A stretch of DNA of 24,000 nucleotides, taken from positions 47,378 through 71,377 of the forward strand of contig CAJCIS010000151.1 in NCBI GenBank assembly GCA_903970435.1, given 5' to 3'. Shown here piece by piece: positions 17,499 to 24,000 of the stretch (within the stretch, counting starts at the first letter, position 1; each line of letters starts with the position of its first letter). Made by a program: the position numbers and the translations under genes. The notes under the pieces were generated by a model. That model worked only from the letters and a program-made list of their open reading frames with translations, was not told the DNA's origin and ran no database searches. The stretch comes from Acidobacteriota bacterium. GTDB taxonomy: Bacteria > Pseudomonadota > Alphaproteobacteria > Acetobacterales > Acetobacteraceae.

Positions 17499-17545
17499 CA
17501 AATGCTTTTGCGTCTTTTTTCAAAAAGAAGTCTTTCTTTTTAACC
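17499..17545. repeat. AT-rich palindromic intergenic repeat, copy C (diverged)
   Basis: caaatgcttttg is followed by cgtcttttttcaaaaagaag (17511-17530) and then tctttcttttta. It fills the gap between the convergent stops at 17498 and 17550. It is in the same orientation as copy A. Confidence 0.7.
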
Positions 17546-17549
17546 GCCC

Positions 17550-18440
17550 CTAAGCGGCCGCGGACTGGCCACCGAATGCCGCTTTGCCAGCCTCGTTCAG
17601 AAGCGCGAATTCGTCGGAAGACAGGTCGATGTCAACCGCCGCGACATTTTCTTCCAGATGTGACACTTGCGACGTACCGGGGATCGGCAGCATCACCGGG
17701 CTGCGCTTGAGCACCCAGGCAAGCGCCACCTGGCTGGGCGCGGCTTTGTGCTTGCGGGCAATCTCATCCAACGGCGAGCCAGGCCGCGCCAAGTCGCCCG
17801 CGGCAAGCGGGAACCATGGGATAAAGCCGATGCCTTGCTTCGTGCAGTAATCTAGGACCGCCTCGCTGGTACGATCCACTAGGTTGTACCGATTTTGCAC
17901 CGTTGCCACCGGGAATATCTTGCGCGCCGCCTCGATCTCCTCGACGGACACTTCGCTGAGGCCGGCGTGCTTGATGACGCCGTCATTCAGCAACGATTTG
18001 ATCGCGTCAAACTGCTCCTCGCGCGGCACTTTCGGATCGATGCGGTGCAGTTGCCACAAGCCGATCTGTTCCACACCCAAAAAGCGCTGGCTCATCATGG
18101 CCTGCTGCCGAAGATATTCCGGCCGGCCAACAGGATGCCAGCGGTCCGGACCCGTGCGTGTCAGGCCGCCTTTGGTTGCAACAAGCATGTTTGCATAAGG
18201 GTGTAATGCGGCATGGATCAGGTGCTCGGACACATCAGGCCCGTACGAGTCGGCCGTGTCGATGAAGTTTATGCCGAGTTCCGGCAGACGCCTGAGCGTG
18301 CGCAGGCAGGCCTCGGGATCGGCAGGCTCACCCCAAATGCCTTTGCCGGTGATGCGCATGGCGCCGAATCCGAGCCGGTTAACCGTGATGTCTCCGCCGA
18401 TCCTGAAGCTGCCGGCCTTGCTGGCGTTGCTGGCTGTCAT
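17550..18440 (-). CDS. Aldo/keto reductase family oxidoreductase
   Basis: 296 aa. AKR landmarks are [64 protein letters not shown] and [15 protein letters not shown] good SD (AGGAG) lies 5 nt upstream of ATG 18440. Confidence 0.9.
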   Translation of the reverse strand: MTASNASKAGSFRIGGDITVNRLGFGAMRITGKGIWGEPADPEACLRTLRRLPELGINFIDTADSYGPDVSEHLIHAALHPYANMLVATKGGLTRTGPDRWHPVGRPEYLRQQAMMSQRFLGVEQIGLWQLHRIDPKVPREEQFDAIKSLLNDGVIKHAGLSEVSVEEIEAARKIFPVATVQNRYNLVDRTSEAVLDYCTKQGIGFIPWFPLAAGDLARPGSPLDEIARKHKAAPSQVALAWVLKRSPVMLPIPGTSQVSHLEENVAAVDIDLSSDEFALLNEAGKAAFGGQSAAA

Positions 18441-18528
18441 GATGGCTCCTGGTTATGCGGTGATGATCGGGTGAACGACCCGCGCAGCACGTGGTTGCAC
18501 CGGCCTTCTATCGCGCGACGCAATCGGT

Positions 18529-18942
18529 TTAAAGTGAGCGCGTCGCCTGCGCCTCCGAGGCACCGCAAATTTGAACCGTGACCACGTCATCGTTCAGTGT
18601 GACCGACCGGAGCGCGCGCTCAAGGCCGGCCTCATTGAATGGCTTCTGCAGTATAATTGCGCCAGGCATGCGCTGCTCGATTTCTCCCGGATCGCCAGTG
18701 ACGAAGATATGGGCCACGTCGCCCCGCCGCAATATTTGCTCCATGGCAGCGACGCCGCTGCCGCCTCGCAGCCGGCCATCGGCGATGATGAGGTCCGGCA
18801 GGTGCATGGCGGCACTCGCGACGGTTTCGGTTTCGGTGGCTTCCACCGCGCAGACAATATGCCCCATGCCTGTCAGCATGTCGGCAAGCAGCATCCCGAT
18901 AAGTGCATTGTCCTCGGCAACCAATATGCGAAGCGGCGTCAT
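18529..18942 (-). CDS. Stand-alone response-regulator receiver domain protein (CheY-like, no output domain)
   Basis: 137 aa. The acidic pocket is ILVAEDN, the phospho-acceptor is DLIIADGRL, the Thr position is IFVTGD and the Lys position is LQKPF. It is divergent from the large sensor kinase and upstream of the AKR gene on the same strand (88-nt gap). Confidence 0.85.
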   Translation of the reverse strand: MTPLRILVAEDNALIGMLLADMLTGMGHIVCAVEATETETVASAAMHLPDLIIADGRLRGGSGVAAMEQILRRGDVAHIFVTGDPGEIEQRMPGAIILQKPFNEAGLERALRSVTLNDDVVTVQICGASEAQATRSL

Positions 18943-19407
18943 CGCCCCGCGCCGTGTTCGAAACTAGGCATCGCTGTCTCCTCGCGGCAACGTCTCCGGG
19001 AGCGGCGCCGCTTAGCCCTGCTCATCTCAACCGGCATGCTAGCGGCGGGCGCCAAGACCGCAGCAGGCTCGGAAAACACTTACGATTCCAATAGTCTGGT
19101 TGTGCCGACGACTCCCGCGTGACTGAATTCGCACGCCCGCGCGCCGCACTGCATCGCCGGGCAGCTTGCCACCATAGTGTAATAGATACGAGTTTGCCAG
19201 AACAGGCCGGATTGGCACCCCTCGGAAAATACCTAAGGGCCGCGTGTGAGGCGAGGCCCGCATGCGTACCGCGGTATTGAAGTGAATCGACACGATCCAA
19301 TCTGTTATTTGACATTGAGAGGCGCGCGCGCATGGCGACGGCGCACTTGGGGTGCTAGGACCATACCTCGGCCTCCGATCGTCGTGTCTCATTAAAGGAC
19401 GAAATAT

Positions 19408-22400
19408 TTGCCGAACCGCTCTGCCAACATGGCGAACGCGGCCTCGCCCCCGAAGGACGGGCGGCTGGAGGTCGCGCGTGGTCCGCCGCACTTTCCGGTT
19501 GTCGGCATCGGGGCTTCCGCCGGGGGGCTCGATGCGTGCCGCAAATTGCTGGACGCGTTGCCGCCTGCGAGTGGCATGGCTTTCATTTTGGTTCAGCATC
19601 TTGACCCGACCCATGAAAGCCTGATGGCGGAATTGCTCGCCGGCCATACGTCCATGGTCGTGCAGCAGGCCACCCATGGCATGCTCGTAGAAAAGGACCA
19701 TATTTATGTCATTCCACCTGGGTGCTATCTTGGCGTCAGGGATGGCGCTTTGCAGCTCTCCAATCCCGGGGTGCGGCATGGCGCCCGTCTGCCGTTCGAT
19801 TTCCTGTTGCGCGCCTTGGCGGACGCCTACGGATCGCGCGCGGCCGGCATCATTCTCTCCGGCACCGGATCGGACGGCACGCTAGGCGCCCGGGCAATCA
19901 AGGACAAAGGCGGGTATGTCATCGCCCAGAGCCCCGACGAGGCCGACTATGACGGCATGCCGCGCAGCGCGGTGCTGACCGGCGCCGTAGATCTGGTGTG
20001 CCAGGCGGCGCAAATCCCAGATGCGATCGCCAAGTGGCGTGACAATGTTCCCGCCAAGGATACCAAGGCACCTGTCGTTGCGCGCGGCGCGGCGGCCGGT
20101 TCGCTGCAGGCGATCATCGATCTCGTTTGTGCCAGAACCCCGCATGATTTCTCGTCCTACAAACCCGGCACAGTGCGGCGTCGTATCGAACGGCGCATGG
20201 CGCTGGCCGGTATCGCGCCGCAAGACATGGACCGTTACATCGATACATTGCGGGACAATCATGCCGAGCTTGATCTGCTTGCCAAGGACTTGCTGATAAA
20301 CGTCACCAGCTTCTTCCGCGACAAAAAGGTGTTTTCCCTGTTGCGGGAAAAAATCATCCCCGACATGGTGCGCCGACATGCGCCGGGCCATCCGATCCGC
20401 ATCTGGATCGTCGGCTGCAGCACGGGTGAGGAAGCCTATTCTCTCGCCATGCTGTTCCGTGAGGAACTCACGTCCGCCAATCTGAACATCAAGCTGCAGA
20501 TCTTCGCGTCGGACGCGGACCCCGATGTGGTGGCTTTCGCGCGGGAGGGACGGTATCCGGCCAGCATCGAAACGGATGTTTCGCCAGGGCAGCTCGCCCG
20601 CTTTTTCTCGCACGAGGAAGGGCACTACACCGTGTCACCCGACTTGCGCGGCTCGGTTGTCTTCACCGTGCAGGATGTGTTGAGCGACGCGCCATTCTCG
20701 CGCCTGGATTTTGTGTCATGCCGCAACGTCCTGATTTACCTGAAGGCCGAAGTGCAGGCCAAAGTATTGGCGCTGTTTCACTTTGCACTCGTGGAGGACG
20801 GCATCTTGCTGCTGGGCAGTTCCGAATCGGCGGGACAGATGGACGACCGGTTCGACATGATTGCAAAATCGGAGAGGGTGTATCGCCATATCGGCCGCAG
20901 CCGGCCGGGCGATCTGGGCTTCCTCATCGGCGCCGGTGAGGGTACCCGCGCAGCAGCGCGGCGTGACCGGCTGCCGCCGCTATCGCGCGAAGCGTCGCTC
21001 GCAGACCTTTGTCGCGACCTCGTCATGGAAGAATTCGCGCCGGCGGCCATCCTCGTCAACCGCCGGCATGAGTGCCTCTACACCCAGGGACCTACCGACC
21101 GCTATCTCCACGTGGCGCCGGGGCTGCCGACCCAGGATATCTTCGCGCTGGCGCGCCCAAATCTGCGCGTCAAGCTGCGATCCGCCATGCATCAGGCGAT
21201 ACAGAAAAACAGCCGCGTTTCTGTCGCAGGCGGCAAGACCCGGAAGGGCGAGACGGCGATTTCATTCAGTGTCGACGTGCAGCCCGTGCGCAGCGACGGC
21301 GAGGATCTGCTGCTCATATGTTTCGTGGAACACGCCGGCGCGCACGACCAATACACCCGCGCCGTGCCGCCGCGGGATGCGCCGCGGGTCGCGCAGCTGG
21401 AACAGGAACTCGAAGCGACGCGCACCGAGTTGCAGGGTGCCATCAGCAATCTTGAATTCTCGAACGAGGAACAGAAGGCGCTCAACGAGGAAGCGCTTTC
21501 CATCCAGGAAGAGTATCAATCCACCAATGAGGAGCTGCTGACATCGAAGGAGGAACTCCAGTCGGTCAACGAAGAGCTGACCGCACTGAACAACCAGCTA
21601 CAGGAGACGCTCGAACGGCAGAGAACCACCTCCAACGATTTGCAGAATGTGCTCTACAGTACCAACGTCGCGACGATATTTCTTGATGTCGACCTGAATA
21701 TCCGTTTCTTCACCCCTGCAACAAAAACCCTGTTCAGCATCATTCCGGGCGACGTCGGCCGGCCCCTCGCGGACCTCAATTTCATGGCGGCCGACCACGC
21801 ACTGCTCGCCGATGCGCGAACTGTCTTGCAGAAGTTGATGCCGCTGGAACGTGAAATCGATGGGCAGAACGGCGTTTGGTATACGCGTCGCATTTTGCCG
21901 TACCGCACCCAGGATAACGGGGTGGAGGGCGTCGTCATCACATTCTCCGACATTACCGAACGGCGGCACGCAGCCGACGCGCTGCGCGCCGCGACGCACG
22001 TGGCAGAAATGGCGAACCTGGCGAAATCGCGTTTTCTCGCCGCCGCAAGCCATGATCTGCGGCAGCCCCTGCAAACATTGACATTGCTGCAGGCACTGCT
22101 CGCGAAAGCTGTCGAAGGCGAGCGGGCGCAGAAAATGATCGCGCTGCTTGACGAAACATTGACCGCCATGTCCAGCATGCTCAACACATTGCTGGACATT
22201 AACCAAATCGAGGCGGGCACCATCCGGCCCAATATCATCGATTTCCCGATCGCCGACCTGCTTGGCCAGTTGCAGGATCAGTTCCTCTATCATGCCCACG
22301 CGGAGCAACTGACATTCCATGTGCTGCCGTGCAGCTTGTTCGTGCGCAGCGACCCGCGGCTGCTGGAGCAGATGATCCGAAACCTGCTTGCGAACGCGTT

Positions 22401-23820
22401 CAAATACACCAAGAACGGACGCGTCCTGCTCGGCTGCCGGCGACGCGGCCATACGCTCAGGATCGAGGTTTGGGACACCGGCATCGGCATTCCGCAGAGC
22501 GAAATCGCGGCGATATTCGAGGAGTATCATCAGCTCGACAATCCGGCCCGTGAACGTGGCCGCGGCATGGGCCTTGGCCTGTCGATTGTGCAACGTCTTG
22601 GCAACCTGCTCCGACACACGATCAATGTGCACTCCAGGCCCGGTCACGGCTCGGTATTCAGTATTACCGTCCCGCTGTCCGCGGCTAGCGCCTTGCCGCG
22701 CACGCCGCCGCCTTCAATTCCCGTCGAAGATGACATCGTGGCTGATGAGGCCGCGCGCGCGACAATTCTCGCCGTAGAGGACGACGCGGGCGTTTGCGAC
22801 CTCCTCGCGCTCCTGCTGGGGGATCTCGGCTATCACGTGATCACGGCGACCGACGGCATCGCTGCGTTGGCCCTCGTGTCGGCGGGCAAGATCAGGCCTG
22901 ATCTGATCCTCGCCGACTATAATCTGCCGGGCGGAATGGATGGGTTGCGGATGATCGCCAGGCTACGCGCCGAATTGCGGCAGCCGGTTCCCGCAGTAAT
23001 CCTGACTGGCGATATATCAACCAGCACCTTGCGGGAAATAGAGCGCCAGAAATGCGCCCTGCTGAACAAGCCTGTAAAGGCAAACGAGCTTTCCAGCCTC
23101 ATCCAGCGGCTGCTGACGCAAAATCGGCCACACGATCAAGCACATGCCACAATCGCTGCCGCGCCGCGCGATACCGGCGCCGCCACCATCTTCATCGTCG
23201 ACGATGACAGCAATTTGCGCGCCACGCTGCGCCGTGTGCTCGAGGGTGACGGCCGCATTGTCGCGGATTTTGCAACGTGCGAGACCTTCCTGCGCGACTA
23301 TCGCCATGGTGCCAAAGGCTGCCTTCTGGTCGACGCATATCTGCCGGGCATGAACGGATTGGAGTTGTTACGGAAGCTTCATGAGTCGGGAGAGCAATTG
23401 CCAGCCATCATGATCACCGGCAACAGCGACGTCACCATGGCGGTGCAAGCCATGAAGGCGGGCGCCGCCGACTTCATCGAGAAACCGGTCCGCGGCGACG
23501 AATTGATCGCCAGCATCGACCGCGCGCTGGAACATGCGCACGACAGCGGCAGGCTGGCCGCGCACCGCGACGCGGCTGCCGGCCATCTCGCCGGCCTGAC
23601 GCCACGGCAGCTCGAGGTCATGGAACTTGTTCTGGCGGGCCATCCCAGCAAGAACATCGCCGCGGACCTCGGCATCAGCCAGCGCACCGTCGAAAATCAC
23701 CGCGCTTCGATCATGCGCCGCACGGGCGCAAAATCGCTACCGGCACTGGCGCGGCTCGCCCTGGCCGCCGCATGGCGGCCGGCGGATGCGTCGTCATCAA
23801 TCCATGCAGGCGTCGGATAG
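19408..23820 (+). CDS. Multidomain signalling protein: CheB methylesterase, CheR methyltransferase, PAS, coiled coil, PAS, HisKA, HATPase, REC, REC and LuxR/FixJ HTH (1470 aa)
   Basis: CheB triad contexts: IGASAGG (Ser codon 19516-19518), LVQHLDP, LSGTGSDG. CheR SAM site: IWIVGCSTGEEAYSLA (from about 20401). Heptad-rich segment: LEQELEATRTELQ...EELQSVNEELTALNNQLQE (about 21390-21640). PAS: IFLDVDLNIRFFTPA...VVITFSDITERR. H-box: SHDLRQP (His 22051-22053). N, G1 and G2 boxes: NLLANAFKYT, DTGIGI, GMGLGLS. REC1 has Asp at 22915-22917 (LILADYNLPG). REC2 has Asp at 23332-23334 (LLVDAYLPGMNG). HTH: LTPRQLEVMELVLAGHPSKNIAADLGISQRTVENHR (from 23596). The start is TTG 19408, 8 nt after AAGGA; ATG 19429 is the alternative. 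Confidence 0.88.
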   Translation: MPNRSANMANAASPPKDGRLEVARGPPHFPVVGIGASAGGLDACRKLLDALPPASGMAFILVQHLDPTHESLMAELLAGHTSMVVQQATHGMLVEKDHIYVIPPGCYLGVRDGALQLSNPGVRHGARLPFDFLLRALADAYGSRAAGIILSGTGSDGTLGARAIKDKGGYVIAQSPDEADYDGMPRSAVLTGAVDLVCQAAQIPDAIAKWRDNVPAKDTKAPVVARGAAAGSLQAIIDLVCARTPHDFSSYKPGTVRRRIERRMALAGIAPQDMDRYIDTLRDNHAELDLLAKDLLINVTSFFRDKKVFSLLREKIIPDMVRRHAPGHPIRIWIVGCSTGEEAYSLAMLFREELTSANLNIKLQIFASDADPDVVAFAREGRYPASIETDVSPGQLARFFSHEEGHYTVSPDLRGSVVFTVQDVLSDAPFSRLDFVSCRNVLIYLKAEVQAKVLALFHFALVEDGILLLGSSESAGQMDDRFDMIAKSERVYRHIGRSRPGDLGFLIGAGEGTRAAARRDRLPPLSREASLADLCRDLVMEEFAPAAILVNRRHECLYTQGPTDRYLHVAPGLPTQDIFALARPNLRVKLRSAMHQAIQKNSRVSVAGGKTRKGETAISFSVDVQPVRSDGEDLLLICFVEHAGAHDQYTRAVPPRDAPRVAQLEQELEATRTELQGAISNLEFSNEEQKALNEEALSIQEEYQSTNEELLTSKEELQSVNEELTALNNQLQETLERQRTTSNDLQNVLYSTNVATIFLDVDLNIRFFTPATKTLFSIIPGDVGRPLADLNFMAADHALLADARTVLQKLMPLEREIDGQNGVWYTRRILPYRTQDNGVEGVVITFSDITERRHAADALRAATHVAEMANLAKSRFLAAASHDLRQPLQTLTLLQALLAKAVEGERAQKMIALLDETLTAMSSMLNTLLDINQIEAGTIRPNIIDFPIADLLGQLQDQFLYHAHAEQLTFHVLPCSLFVRSDPRLLEQMIRNLLANAFKYTKNGRVLLGCRRRGHTLRIEVWDTGIGIPQSEIAAIFEEYHQLDNPARERGRGMGLGLSIVQRLGNLLRHTINVHSRPGHGSVFSITVPLSAASALPRTPPPSIPVEDDIVADEAARATILAVEDDAGVCDLLALLLGDLGYHVITATDGIAALALVSAGKIRPDLILADYNLPGGMDGLRMIARLRAELRQPVPAVILTGDISTSTLREIERQKCALLNKPVKANELSSLIQRLLTQNRPHDQAHATIAAAPRDTGAATIFIVDDDSNLRATLRRVLEGDGRIVADFATCETFLRDYRHGAKGCLLVDAYLPGMNGLELLRKLHESGEQLPAIMITGNSDVTMAVQAMKAGAADFIEKPVRGDELIASIDRALEHAHDSGRLAAHRDAAAGHLAGLTPRQLEVMELVLAGHPSKNIAADLGISQRTVENHRASIMRRTGAKSLPALARLALAAAWRPADASSSIHAGVG

Positions 23821-23985
23821 AAAAACGCTCGTCCTGCGAAGCGAAAAACCAAGAAACGTTTGCCTGTTGAAGCCGCGGCCCTGCGTATATTCCGAGCCTG
23901 CTCGTCGTCATCGGCGTTGACCATGTGCCGGAACGGGTGCGCAGCGCGTGCACCGTGTGTACAATCATCCTGCAGGGACGACACA

Positions 23986-24000
23986 ATGGAACATAACGAC
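23986..24000 (+). CDS. Possible start of a further gene running off the right edge (MEHND...)
   Basis: ATG at 23986 is preceded by agggac (23974-23979) at SD-like spacing. Only 5 codons are visible, so this is a guess. Confidence 0.15.

Noticed and set aside
19213-19229. TGGCAC motif suggesting a sigma-54 promoter upstream of the kinase
   Set aside because: The -12 element is missing: the sequence is TGGCACCCCTCGGAAAA, with GA where GC of the TTGC(A/T) element is required. No enhancer-binding protein gene is nearby.
23826-23850. Hairpin cgctcg-tcctg-cgaagcg after the kinase stop, flanked by A-runs
   Set aside because: On the plus strand it is followed by A's, not U's, so it is not a canonical terminator for the kinase. 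It would look canonical only for a minus-strand transcript, and I see no credible minus-strand gene to its right (ORFs 23697..23984 and 23711..23986 overlap the kinase C-terminus and look spurious).

Overview
Visibly GC-rich chromosomal segment, almost certainly from an alphaproteobacterium. The basis is a clear MipZ homologue, an RNase E with the alpha-type insertion in its S1 domain, and the mrcA-amidase / rne divergent arrangement. The AT-rich intergenic palindromes remind me of Acetobacteraceae/Rhodospirillales, but I cannot verify that. Positions 1-13.7 kb are ordinary core genes: PBP1A (partial; missed by the ORF track because its stop lies outside the window), a Tat-signal cell-wall amidase, RNase E behind a ~410 nt leader, an M13 metallopeptidase, the pqiA-pqiB-pqiC envelope lipid-transport operon, mipZ, tRNA-Thr(CGU) and a YmdB-type metallophosphoesterase. 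Positions 13.7-24 kb are more idiosyncratic. They hold an orphan class-V-fold PLP enzyme, a DUF1003-like membrane protein, a decayed tricorn-type protease gene, a 59-aa acidic ORF, an aldo/keto reductase and a stand-alone receiver. They also hold a 1470-aa single polypeptide combining CheB, CheR, PAS, coiled coil, PAS, HisKA/HATPase, REC and a complete FixJ/LuxR-type response regulator. I find no CRISPR array, IS/transposase, integrase, phage, toxin-antitoxin or recognisable defence genes, and no convincing new multi-gene system. The most unusual observations are: (1) a ~50 nt almost pure A/T palindromic repeat present three times, always at gene 3' ends; (2) the all-in-one signalling protein with an in-frame fused transcription factor; (3) the deletion-plus-frameshift tricorn protease remnant; (4) the rne leader with an exact 12-nt direct repeat. 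Most long ORFs antisense to the called genes are high-GC shadow ORFs.
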